A stretch of DNA of 64,000 nt from Candidatus Eiseniibacteriota bacterium (GTDB lineage: Bacteria; Eisenbacteria; RBG-16-71-46; SZUA-252). Positions 11,894-22,596 of the stretch are shown here, piece after piece. The translations under genes were made by a program, and so were the position numbers. The notes beneath the pieces were generated by a model. That model did not search any database and was not told the origin of the DNA. It saw only the letters and a program-made list of their open reading frames with translations. Position 1 is the first letter of the stretch, and every line of letters begins with the position of its first letter. The stretch is from the NCBI GenBank assembly GCA_963703225.1, contig OY969801.1:2976001-3040000 (forward strand), in the 5' to 3' direction.

Positions 11894-14396
11894 ATGATGG
11901 ACGAAAGCATCGTCAACGAGTTCCTCGTGGAGAGTCACGAGAGCCTGGGGCAGATCGAAGGAGACCTCGTCTCCCTCGAGCGTGAGCCTTTCGATCCGAA
12001 GCGGCTGGCGAGCGTCTTCCGGACGGTCCACACCATCAAGGGAACCTGCGGCTTCTTCGGATTCCACAAGCTCGAGTCGGTGGCGCACGCCGGCGAGAAT
12101 CTCCTGAGCCAGCTTCGAAACGGCGAGACCACGCTGAACGCCGAGATTACCGGCGCGCTGCTCGCCCTGGTCGACGCCATCCGCGAAATCCTGACCTCGA
12201 TCGAACAGAGCCGGTCCGAAGGAGACAAGGACTATTCGGGGCTGATCGAGACCCTCACGCGCCTCCAGCAAGTCCGCCCGCCGACCCCCGAGCCGGTCGC
12301 CGCCGTTCCAGAGGAAGCAACGCCGGACGCTTCCAGTGGCGAGGAACAGACGCCAGCCACGGCCAGTGGCGAGGAAGCGACGCCGCCTGCCGCCAGTGGA
12401 GAGGCACCGGCGGCACCCGAGTCGACCAAGCGGGACGCCGCTCCGGGGACCATCGGCGGGGGGCTCCTTGATTCGCTGGTGGAGAGCGGACGGCTCGACC
12501 CCGACGCGGTGATGCTGGCGGCCCAGCAACAGAGGCTGGGCGATCCCCGGCGGATCGGGGAAATTCTCGTCGACCACGGCGCCCTCAAGCCGCAGGACGT
12601 CCTGGAAGCGCTCATCGCCCGCGGACAGGCGCCGGCCTCGGCCATGACCGAGGCGAACATCCGCGTCGACGTGCACCTCCTCGACCTCCTGATGAACCTG
12701 GTGGGCGAGCTGGTGCTCGCGCGGAATCAGATGCTCCAGTTCGTCACATCGCAAGATCTCGGGTCGCTCCCCGGGGCGGCCCAGAGGCTGAGCCTCATCA
12801 CGACCGAGCTGCAGGAAGGGATCATGAAGACCCGCATGCAGCCGATCGCCAACCTCTGCAACAAGCTTCCGCGGCTGGTTCGCGACGTGGCTGCTGCCTG
12901 CGGACGAGAGGTGCGCCTGGAGATGGAGGGGATCGACACCGAGCTCGACCGGACCGTGATCGAGGCCATCCGCGATCCGCTCACCCACCTCGTACGAAAC
13001 GCGATCGATCACGGGATCGAGACCCCGGAGGAGCGCCTCGGCCGCGGCAAACCCGCCGAGGGGAGGCTCCTGGTCCGGGCGTTTCACGAGGGAGGCAAGG
13101 TGATCGTCGAGGTCACCGACGACGGGGGCGGACTTGACGTGGAGCGGATCCGCGAACGGGCGATACGGGCCGGCCTCGTGCCCGCGGAGCGCATGCCGAG
13201 CATGACCGACCGGGACTGGATCAACCTGATCTTCACGCCCGGCTTCTCGACGGCCGACCAGGTCACGAGCGTGTCGGGACGCGGCGTCGGAATGGACGTC
13301 GTCAAGACGAACGTGGAGCGGATCAGCGGCACGATCGAGGTCGACTCGACGCCGGGCACCGGGTCGACGATGAGGATCTGCATTCCCCTCACGCTCGCGA
13401 TCATTCCCGCGCTGATCGTCTCGGCGGGAGGCGAGCGGTACGCGATCCCGCAGGTCAACCTGCTGGAGCTGGTTCGTACCCACGGCGACGCGGGCGAGAA
13501 CGCGATCGTCAAGGTCTACGACGCCCAGGTCTACCGTTACCGGGACACGCTTCTCCCTCTGATCTTCCTCCACGACGCGCTCCAGATTGAAGGCGCCATC
13601 GAGGCCGCATTCACGGTGACGGGCCACGCCGCGCTCAACATCGCGGTCCTCCACGCGGAGGGCGGCACGTTTGGGCTCGTGGTCGATGAGATCCTCACGT
13701 CGCAGGAGATCGTGGTGAAGCCTTTGACCGACATGCTCCGGCAGACGCCGGTCTTCTCCGGCGCCACGATCCTCGGCGACGGACGTGTCGCGCTGATCCT
13801 CGACGTGCCGGGGCTTGCGAGACATACCGGAGTCGGTGAGTTTCGAAGCGGGAAGGGCGCGGCACTGTTCCGGAATTCCGTTGAAGCGCCGGACGAGCCC
13901 ACCCAGACACTGGTTCTGTTCCGGATTCGCGACGACTGGCGTGTGGCGATCCCCCTCTCCGGCGTGGCCCGGCTCGAGGAATTGTCCCGCGCGTCGGTCG
14001 AACGGGTCGGGGATCGCAGGGTCGTCCAGTATCGCGGCGGCCTGATGCCGCTCATCCGAGCTGCTCGACCTGCTGGAGGTGGGCGCGGCGGCGAACGGCG
14101 CGGCCGACGCGGCGCGGGCCACGGAGCCTTTCCGCGCTCTCGGAACGGCCCCGGCGTCGGCGCTTCTGCATGTGGTCGTGCACGAACAGAGCGGCGCGCG
14201 GGTGGGCCTGGTGGTGGACGAGATCCTGGAAATCGTGGAGGAGACCCTCGAGCTGGATGCCGTGTCCGGCCGCCCGGGGATCGTTGGATCAACCGTCATC
14301 CGCGGGAGAGCGACCGATCTGCTCGACCTGCCCGGTCTCCTCGCTCACGCCGAGGTGGCCGGATTTGGGTCGCACTCCATGGCGGCGGGGGCGTAG
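11894..14396 (+). CDS. cheA: Chemotaxis histidine kinase CheA with two CheW-like domains; +1 frameshift near 14056
   Basis: HPt VFRTVHTIKG, LMNLVGELVLARNQ, HLVRNAIDHG, DDGGG, VSGRGVGMDVV. Removing one C in ATCCGAG restores LIELLDLL and joins ORF 14079..14396. Confidence 0.93.
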
Positions 14397-14399
14397 GCG

Positions 14400-14837
14400 A
14401 TGGTGGAAGACCAGCTCCTCTGCACGTTCTGGCTCGCGGAGCATCTCTTCGGCATCGAGATCTCCTCGGTGCAGGAGGTTCTCCGCGAGCAGGAGATCAC
14501 GCGGCTTCCGCTCTCGTCGCCGGCGGTCCGCGGCGTGATCAATCTCCGGGGTCGGATCGTTCCGGCGGTCGATCTCCGGCGCTGTTTCGAGATGGAGCCC
14601 GCGCCGCGGCACGGCGGGTCGCCGAACATCGTGGTGCGCGGCGCCGGCTCCTCTTCGGTGAGCCTCCTCGTCGACGAGATCGGCGACGTGGTCGAGGCCT
14701 CCGCCTCCGCGTACGAGCGCGCGCCGGAAACGCTTCGCGGGAAGGCTCGTGAATTGATCGAGGGCGTCTACAAGCTCCAGGGCGAGATTGTGCTCGTCCT
14801 GGCTATCGGAAAGGTGTTGCGGGCCGCCTACTCGTAG
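14400..14837 (+). CDS. cheW: Chemotaxis coupling protein CheW
   Basis: FGIEISSVQEV, VRGVINLRGRIV, LLVDEIGDV. Confidence 0.93.
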   Translation: MVEDQLLCTFWLAEHLFGIEISSVQEVLREQEITRLPLSSPAVRGVINLRGRIVPAVDLRRCFEMEPAPRHGGSPNIVVRGAGSSSVSLLVDEIGDVVEASASAYERAPETLRGKARELIEGVYKLQGEIVLVLAIGKVLRAAYS

Positions 14838-14865
14838 GCGGCGGACCCGCCGGAAGGAGCCGAAC

Positions 14866-16561
14866 GTGTTGACCTTTACCATCCGCCGTCAGCTGCTGGG
14901 AAGCGCCCTGCTCTCCCTTGTCGGTTTCATGATCTTCGGCGTCATTTCCTACTCCACGCTTCAGGAGTTGAAGATCGCCGGTCCGCGGTACAAGAAGATC
15001 GCCCAGGGCAAGGATCTGATCGCCGACGTCGTCCCTCCGCCGGAATTCCTGGTGGAGGCGTTCCTCGCGGTCCACCAGATGATCGACGAATCCGACCGCC
15101 GCCGCCTCGAGGAGCTGATCCAGCAGTCGCAGCAGTTCCGTACCAATTTCGAGGAGCGGCACGAATACTGGGCCAGGACTCTGGCCCCGGGGCCCATGCG
15201 CGACGCGCTGAACGTTCGATCGTACCAGCCGGCGAAGGAATTCTTCCGCGTCCGCGACGAGGAGTTCATCCCGGCGGTGCGCCGGGGGGACCGGGAGACA
15301 GCCCGCACCCTCGCCAACTCCACCCTGAAGACACTCTACGAGCAGCACCGCAAGGCGGTGCTCCAGATCGTCCACCTCGCCATGATCCAGAACTCCCTCG
15401 AGGAGGAATCGGCCACCAGCATCGCGGAGGAGCGGACGACCTTGATTCCGGTGATCGGGATCGTGATCGCGGGGATCACCATCGTCTTCGCCCTCTGGCT
15501 CTCCCGGCGGATCCTCCGCGCCATCGAGCAGACCAAACGCGTGGCCGAGCGGACCGCGAGCGGCGACTTGACCTGCACGGTCGAATACACCGCGCCCGAC
15601 GAGCTGGGGCAGCTTGCCATCTCCACCAATCAGATGGTCAGCTCGCTCCGCGACATCCTCTTCCACATCGGCAAGCGGGCGGTGACCCTCGCCACGGCTT
15701 CCGAGGAGCTCTCCTCCGTCAGCTCGCAGATGATCGGCAGCGCCGAGGAGACATCCCGCCAGGCGAGCGTGGTTTCCTCGGGCTCCGAGCAGATCAGTCG
15801 AAACGTCGAGAGCGTTTCCGTCTCGGTCGAGGAGATGATCGCGAGCATTCAGGAGATCTCGAAGAACACGAGCGAGGCGGCTCAGGTGGCGTCGGTCGCG
15901 GCCACCGAGGCCGATTCCACCAACGTCGCGGTCAACAAGCTGGGAGCGAGCAGCGCCGAGATCGGCAAGGTCGTCCAGGTGATCAACACCATCGCGCAGC
16001 AGACCAACCTGCTCGCGCTGAACGCCGCGATCGAGGCGGCCCGGGCGGGCGGCGCCGGCAAGGGCTTCGCCGTGGTCGCCAACGAGGTGAAGGAGCTCGC
16101 CATGGAGACCGCCTCCGCGACCAAGGACATCAGCATCAAGATCGAGGCGATCCAGACCGACACCACGGCCGCGATCCAGGCCATCGCCAAGATCAGCGAC
16201 ACGATCCAGCAGATCAAGGACATCTCGAATTCGATCGCCACCGCCATCGAGGAGCAGCTGGCCGCGTCGGGTGAGATCGGGCGAAACCTGAGCGAGGCGT
16301 CGCGCGGGAGCAACGAGATCTCGGCCGGCATCGTCAGGGTGGCGCAGATCGCCAAGGACACCGCGGGCGGATCCGAGAACACGCAGAAGGCCGCGGAGGA
16401 TCTGGCGCGTCTCGCGACCGAGCTCCGAGAGCTGACGCTCCGCTTCCAGTATGGAGAGAACGATGTCGCCGGCGTCTCCCGGGGCGCCTCGTGTGGTGCG
16501 GGGAGGCCGGGGTCTCGCGGCCCCGCGGAGCGAGGATCGCTTGTTCGAGGCCGCGAGCTAA
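14866..16561 (+). CDS. Methyl-accepting chemotaxis protein (2 TM, 4-helix sensor, HAMP, MA); probable +1 indel near 16460
   Basis: IAQQTNLLALNAAIEAARAGGAGKGFAVVANEVKELA; GTG 14866 with GAAGGAG RBS. As given it reads through into cheY; the +1 frame stops at TAA 16559-16561. Confidence 0.9.
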
Positions 16562-16605
16562 GCACCCAGTCGCGCCAATTCGGCGCAAGGAAGGAGACCG
16601 GAACC

Positions 16606-16989
16606 ATGAGAGCCCTCGTCGTCGATGATTCGCGATCCATGCGAAGCATCATCGGGAAGCAACTCAAGGAGTTGGGATTTGAGGTCTTTGACGCGGCCAA
16701 TGGGCACGAGGCCATGGCCAAGCTCCACAACACCAAGGGAATCACGCTCATCCTGCTCGACTGGAACATGCCCGAGATGGACGGCCTCGAAGTGCTGAGC
16801 CTGATCCGCTCCGAGCCCGAGTACAAGGAGGTCCGGGTCATGATGGTGACCACCGAGAGCGAGATGTCGCAGGTCGCGATCGCGCTCGAAGCGGGCGCGA
16901 GCGAGTACCTCATGAAGCCGTTCGACCGCGAGGCACTCTTAGAGAAGCTGATCCTCCTGGGGATGGACCCGAGCACCCGGAACGCCTAG
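16606..16989 (+). CDS. cheY: CheY-like response regulator
   Basis: MRALVVDDS...LLDWNMPEMDG...MMVTTE...EYLMKPF; own RBS AAGGAAGGAG. Confidence 0.92.
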   Translation: MRALVVDDSRSMRSIIGKQLKELGFEVFDAANGHEAMAKLHNTKGITLILLDWNMPEMDGLEVLSLIRSEPEYKEVRVMMVTTESEMSQVAIALEAGASEYLMKPFDREALLEKLILLGMDPSTRNA

Positions 16990-17039
16990 CCCGACCATCG
17001 CGGCTTGAGGCGAGGATCGAGCGCCTCGAGAAGGAGCCC

Positions 17040-18152
17040 ATGTCCAAGATTCGAGTCATGGTCGTCGACGACGTGGCGATGGTCCGCCGCTTGGTGGTGG
17101 ACGCGCTCTCGATCGATCCCGACATCCAGGTGGTGGGGACCGCGGGGAACGGCCGCGAGGCATTGGAGAAAATGCCCGAGTTACGGCCGGATCTCATCGT
17201 CCTCGACTACGAGATGCCGGAGATGGACGGCCTGGAGACGCTGATCGAGGTGCGGAAGTCCTATCCCGCCACCCGGGTCATCATCTTCAGCTCGCACACG
17301 CGTCACGGCGCCAAAGTGACCCTCGATGCGCTCTGGCATGGCGCCGACGACTACATTCCCAAGAGCCCGGCGGACAACCTGACCGCGTCCACCCAGCTCA
17401 TCCGGACGCAGCTGATTCCCAAGATCAAGGGACTCTGCGCCCGCCCCGAGAGCGGGGGCTCGGCGGCATCCCCGCCGACCCACGCGGGCCGCGCCGCGGG
17501 GACGGCTGACGAGCCGCGCTCTCTGCCCCGTCGGCCGAGCGTGGCCCCCGTCCGGATTGAGATCGTCGCCATTGGCGCTTCGACCGGCGGCCCGAGAGCC
17601 CTCGCGCGTCTCCTCGAGGGGCTGCCGGGCGATTTCCCGGTGCCGATCGTGATCGTCCAGCACATGCCACCGATCTTCACGCGGCTCCTGGCCGAACGAC
17701 TGGGAACCCGCACGCAGCTTCGATGCTCGGAGGCCATCGAGGGGGCCGCCCTGGGGCCGCGCGCCGTGTGGATCGCGCCGGGCGACCACCACATGACGCT
17801 GGAGCGGGAGCGGGGCGAGATCCGCATCCGGCTCACCAACGATCCGCCGGTTCACTCCTGCCGTCCCGCGGTCGACCCCCTCTTTCTATCGGTGGCCGAC
17901 GCCTACGGCGCGAGTGCCTTGGGAATCATCCTGACCGGCATGGGCCACGACGGCTACAAGGGTTGCGAGCGGATCCGGGACGCGGGAGGTGCGGTCTTGG
18001 TTCAGGATGAGGCGTCCAGCGTCGTCTGGGGCATGCCCGGCATCGTCGCGCGCGCCGGAATCGCCGACCGGGTCGTTCCCCTCGACGAAATGGCGTCCGA
18101 GATCGTGCACCGCGCTTCCGTGGGAGCCCGTCGGAAGGCGCCGGTCGGCTGA
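17040..18152 (+). CDS. cheB: Protein-glutamate methylesterase (REC + methylesterase)
   Basis: GASTGGP, VQHMPP, RPAVD, LTGMGHDG. Confidence 0.96.
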   Translation: MSKIRVMVVDDVAMVRRLVVDALSIDPDIQVVGTAGNGREALEKMPELRPDLIVLDYEMPEMDGLETLIEVRKSYPATRVIIFSSHTRHGAKVTLDALWHGADDYIPKSPADNLTASTQLIRTQLIPKIKGLCARPESGGSAASPPTHAGRAAGTADEPRSLPRRPSVAPVRIEIVAIGASTGGPRALARLLEGLPGDFPVPIVIVQHMPPIFTRLLAERLGTRTQLRCSEAIEGAALGPRAVWIAPGDHHMTLERERGEIRIRLTNDPPVHSCRPAVDPLFLSVADAYGASALGIILTGMGHDGYKGCERIRDAGGAVLVQDEASSVVWGMPGIVARAGIADRVVPLDEMASEIVHRASVGARRKAPVG

Positions 18153-18156
18153 TTCC

Positions 18157-19009
18157 ATGGCCCTGACCCGACCGAGCCACGCCGGCGGCGTGACCCCGCA
18201 GAGCTTCGCCTATCTGCAGAAGCTCCTGCTCCGCCGCACGGGAACGCTCCTCGAGGCGGGGAAGGAGTACGTGGTGGAGACGCGCCTCCACGGCCTCGCC
18301 CTGGGTGAGGGCTTTGGATCGGTGGGCGCGCTCCTGGAGGGGGTCCAGACCGAGGAGGAGTCGGGGGCGCTCCACGGCAAGGTCGCCGAGGCGATGTTGA
18401 ACGGGGAGACCTCGTTCTTCCGCGATCTCTATCCGTTCGACGCGCTCCGCGACACCCTCCTGCCGGAGATCATCGCGAAGCGTGAGACCAGCCGCCTGCT
18501 CAACATCTGGAGCGCCGCGACGGCCAGCGGTCAGGAGGCGTATAGCCTTGCGATGCTGCTCTTGGAGAGCTTTCCGCAGCTCGCCGGCTGGAGAATTCGG
18601 TTGACTGGCGAGCGACGTGTCCGAGGCGATGCTCGCGCGGGCGCGCGCCGGGGTCTTCAGCCAGATCGAGGTGAACCGCGGTCTACCCGCGAGGCTCATG
18701 CTCAAGTATTTCGAGCGCACGGGCGCCGAGTGGAGCATCCACCCGCGCGTGCGGCAGATGGTGGAATTCCAGCAGATCAATCTGGCGGCGACCTGGCCGC
18801 AGGTTCCGCCGATGGACGTCATCCTGATGCGAAACGTGCTGCTCTATTTCAGTCTCGAGACCCGAAAGGCGATCCTGGCGCGCGTCTGCAAGATCCTGCG
18901 CCCGGACGGATACCTGTTCTTGGGAGGGGGCGAGACGACTCTGATCACCGATCGCTCGTTCGAGTCGGTTCGCGCCGGCAAGGCGATGTGCTATCGAGTG
19001 CGCGGCTAG
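18157..19009 (+). CDS. cheR: Protein-glutamate O-methyltransferase CheR; +1 frameshift near 18604
   Basis: ETSFFRD, IWSAATASGQEAYSLAM, then (after the indel) ASDVSEAML...DVILMRNVLLYF...GYLFLGGGE. Confidence 0.92.
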
Positions 19010-19044
19010 TGGTCCGACCGAGGGAATACGGGGAGACTGATGTC

Positions 19045-19526
19045 ATGAAGCACGGCGACGATTGAAGTCCAGGAGTGGCTGGAGTGCCTGACGCGACGTG
19101 GCGCAGGAGTTCGCGTCTGGATCGCTCCGCTTTGACGGTGGCGGCATGACGCCCGATCCGGCGGCCAAGACGGGGACGCGTCCGGCGGCCTACATCTCGA
19201 TCCTGAGCGAATCCAACTCCATGCACCTGGGCCTCGCGACCAGCATGCAAGGGTGCCGCACGCTCACGCGGGCGTTCCTCGGGGTGCGCGAGAAGGACGC
19301 GGTGTCGGAGAAGGACGTGGTCGACGCGATGAGCGAGATCCTGAACATCGTGGCCGGGAAGGTGAAGTCGCGGCTGGCGTCCCGGGACGGGTCGCTCAGG
19401 CTCGGCCTGCCGATCTTCATCACCGGACAGATTCAGGTGACCGACAACATGGAGCGGGCCGTCGCGAACGTGGAGCTGGGTCCGGTTCCCTGTCAGCTCC
19501 TCGTGTTCCGAAACAAGAAGGGGTAG
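19045..19526 (+). CDS. cheX: CheX-family phosphatase; N-terminus broken by two +1 indels (intact ORF from 19098)
   Basis: VVDAMSEILNIVAGKVK (E-x-x-N motif), LGLPIFITG; end of the che cluster. Confidence 0.75.
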
Positions 19527-19529
19527 AGA

Positions 19530-20939
19530 TCAGCGCTCGGCGACCGGTCGCGCCCGCGACCCGGCCGGCGAGCAGAGGTAGACCCGCCCGGCTCCCGCGA
19601 ACGGGGAGCCCACGGCGGCGTCTCCCAAGCCGTCTCCGTTGACGTCCCCCACCCCGGAGACCGCGTAGCCGAGATTATCGAGGGTCGCCTCTCCGGTGAT
19701 CGTGAAGTCGGAGACGGCGTCCGGCGCGGTTCCACCGAAGTAAACGTACGCGCGCCCCGCCGCGGAGCCGCCGGCGTCGTTCCCGTAGGCGCCGACGATC
19801 AGATCCGCGAATCCATCCCCGTTCGCGTCCCCCATGCCGGCGACCGAGTATCCAAAGGCGTCTCCCGCCGCCTCTCCCGTCAGCACGAGATCCGCCCGCC
19901 CATCCGGACGGGCACCGCCGAAGAAGACGTAGGCGCGTCCGGCGTCCGATCCCGCCGCGTCGTTGTGATAGGCGCCCACGATGACGTCGGCAAACCCATC
20001 CTTGTTCACGTCCCCTGCCGGGGCAACCGAGAACCCAAACGCGTCCCCCGCCGAGGTCCCGGTCATGACGAGATCGGACCGATTGTCCGCGCTGGGGCCG
20101 CCGAAGAACACGTAGGCCTGACCCGCATCGGTGCCGCCCGCATCACACTGATACGCGCCGATGATCACGTCGTCGAAGCGGTCACCGTTCACGTCGCCCG
20201 CGCCCGCCACCGAGATCCCAAAGTAGTCGCCTGCGGCTTGGCCGGTGAAAATGAGATCGGGCGAGCCGTCCATCCTGCCGCCGCCGAAGTAGACGTAGGC
20301 GCGGCCCGCGCCGCCGGCCCGGGCGCTGTTTTCGTAGGCACCGACGACCACGTCGGCGTAGCCGTCCCCGTTCACGTCGCCCGCGCCGGCGACCGAGTAG
20401 CCGAACGCGTCGCCGGCCCCTTCTCCGCTCAGGATCACGTCGGGCTTGGTGTCGCCGTTGGGTCCGCCAAAGTAGACGTAGGCCCGTCCGGCGTTGGCGC
20501 CGGCGGCGTCGTTCTCGTGCGCTCCGACGATCAGGTCGGGAAACCCGTCCTTGTTGAGATCCCCGGCCGACGCGACCGAAACGCCGAAGAGGTCTCCCGC
20601 GGACTGGACGCCGAGTCCCATGTGGGGCTTCGTGTCGACGCGGCGGCCGCCGTAGAAGACGTAGGCTCGCCCCGCGTCCATGCCGCCGGCGTCGGATTGA
20701 TAGGCGCCGATGATCAGATCGGTCAGCCCGTCGCCGTTCAGATCTCCCGCGGAAGCAACGGACCCTCCAAAGGTGTCACCGGGAACGTTGCCGTTGAACA
20801 CGGCGAGCGTGCGAGCGCCTGCCGGCGTGGCCGCCGCCGCGAGGAGGCCCAGAAGCAGGGCCAGCGCGGCCGGGTTGGCGATCCGTCTGGGGGTTGGATG
20901 AGAGTTCGACGTTCCGCCTCGGACCGTCGGGAGGATCAC
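19530..20939 (-). CDS. Secreted FG-GAP (integrin-alpha beta-propeller) repeat protein
   Basis: About 7 repeats of FGxSVAxAGD(L/V)NGDGxxDxIVGA...GRAYVYFG after a signal-like segment; GTG overlaps the upstream TGA. Confidence 0.88.
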   Translation of the reverse strand: MILPTVRGGTSNSHPTPRRIANPAALALLLGLLAAAATPAGARTLAVFNGNVPGDTFGGSVASAGDLNGDGLTDLIIGAYQSDAGGMDAGRAYVFYGGRRVDTKPHMGLGVQSAGDLFGVSVASAGDLNKDGFPDLIVGAHENDAAGANAGRAYVYFGGPNGDTKPDVILSGEGAGDAFGYSVAGAGDVNGDGYADVVVGAYENSARAGGAGRAYVYFGGGRMDGSPDLIFTGQAAGDYFGISVAGAGDVNGDRFDDVIIGAYQCDAGGTDAGQAYVFFGGPSADNRSDLVMTGTSAGDAFGFSVAPAGDVNKDGFADVIVGAYHNDAAGSDAGRAYVFFGGARPDGRADLVLTGEAAGDAFGYSVAGMGDANGDGFADLIVGAYGNDAGGSAAGRAYVYFGGTAPDAVSDFTITGEATLDNLGYAVSGVGDVNGDGLGDAAVGSPFAGAGRVYLCSPAGSRARPVAER

Positions 20940-22596
20940 GGTGGGACGAGGCTCCCGGATCCCTCCCCGGCGGGCGTCGTGGTGCCGCGCGTCACCGGGA
21001 TTCGGCCCTCTTTGATCGCCGGCACAAAGACCTGCACGATCTCCGCGGCGAATTGGGATCCTGCCTTCTCGACCAGCTGGCCAACCGCCTGCTCGACGGT
21101 GAGCCCGGCGCGGTAGGGCCGATCGGTGGTCATGGCGTCGAAGGCGTCCGCCACGTTCACGATCTTGGCTCCGATCGAAATCTGGTCCCCCGTCAGCCCG
21201 TCGGGGTACCCGCGTCCATCCACGCGCTCGTGGTGGTGGCGCACCATGTCGGAGACCCGCTCCAGGAACTTGACCCCGCGAATCATTTCGGCGCCGCGAA
21301 CGGGGTGCGCCTTCACCATCATCCACTCCTCCTCGGTGAGGGCGCCCGGCTTCTGGAGGATGTCGCTTTGCGTATGGACCTTTCCGATGTCGTGGAGGAA
21401 GGCCCCGAACTGGATCCGCTGAATTTCCTCCTGCGGAAATCCCAGCTCCTTCGCGATCGCCACGGAGTACTGGGCGACCCGCTCGGTGTGTCCGTGCGTG
21501 TAGGGGTCCTTCTCTTCAATCCGGGAGACGAGCAACCGGACCGTCGAGACGTACGCCTCTTGAAGGTCCTTGAAGAGGCGAGCGTTCTCGATCGCGATCG
21601 CCGGCCGATTCGGAGAGGGCCTTGAGCATCTCGAGGTCCGCCGATAGAAATTCCTGTCCGCTCACCTTCTCCCCCACGGCGAGCACCGCGGTGAGGCGCG
21701 ACTTCATGAGCACGGGCGAGACGACGGTGAAGCCGGCGGCGAAGAGGGGCCCCACTTCCGACTCCAGCGCGGGATCGTCTTCGATGTCGCCGAGGCGGAT
21801 CGGCCGGCCTTCCTCCCCTTCCGTCGGAAGGAGGGCGCGCACGAAACCGCCGCCGTACTCGAGGGCGATGCCGCGCGCATGCTCTTCCTTGATCCCCTTG
21901 AAGGTCGACGCCGAGAGCCGGGTCGGCTGCTCGCGCTGGTCGGTCAGAAAGAGGCAGGCCGAGTTCACGCGGAGCTGCCCGACCACGCTCAGGATAAACG
22001 TGTTCAGGAGCTCCTCCATCTCCAGGGAGGAGTTGAGCTGGTGGGTCAGCCCCATCAGCGTCTCGAGGCTGTAGACCTGGAACCGGAGCTCCTTATTCCG
22101 GACCACGAGGTCCTCGCGATTCCGAGCGACCTCGCTCTCCAGCTCCTTGTTCTTGCGTGGTCAGGTGCTCCGCGCGGTCGAGGCGTTCGAAGATCCGGCG
22201 CACCTTGATGAGCAGCTCCTTCGGCGAGAAGGGCTTGGTCATGTAGTCGTCCGCGCCATGCATCAACCCCTGCAGACGCGAATCGACCTCGGCGCTGGCC
22301 GAGACCATGATGATGGGGATGTGCGCCGTGTCCTTGCTGCTCTTCAGGGCCGCGCAGACCTCGAATCCGGTCTTTCGCGGCAGGCGAAGGTCCAGAATGA
22401 TCAGATCGGGAGCGTCGCGCCGCACCATCTCCAGTCCGTCCTCGCCGGTGCCGGCGGTGGCGACCTTGAACCCGTTCTGCGTGAGCGAGATTTGAAGAAG
22501 CTCCAGCACCCGGCGGTCATCGTCGATGACCAGGATCGAGCGCTTGGCCTTTGCCGCTCCCGGCTCGACCGCCGGTCCGACGCTTTCAATGCTCAC
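20936..22596 (-). CDS. REC-GAF-HD-GYP cyclic dinucleotide phosphodiesterase, split by two +1 indels (~22160, ~21602)
   Basis: Three ORF pieces join on removing two bases. REC has an intact Asp; KDPYTHGHTERV, FLHDIGK, HHHERVDGRGYPDGL, ADAFDAMTTDRPYR. Confidence 0.9.

Noticed and set aside
12311..12403. Three ~30-bp tandem repeats in cheA (EEATPDASSG-like)
   Set aside because: Ordinary low-complexity linker expansion.
11594..14752. 1052-aa CheA with an Arg/Gly-rich tail
   Set aside because: The tail is a frameshift product after 14056; the true end is 14396.
14788..16989. Apparent MCP-CheY fusion protein (733 aa)
   Set aside because: cheY has its own strong RBS, the linker reads like off-frame sequence, and a TAA lies in the +1 frame at 16559. 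This fits the window-wide +1 indel pattern.
19530..20800. Regular DNA repeats resembling an array
   Set aside because: They are coding FG-GAP repeats. No CRISPR array or cas gene was seen in the window.
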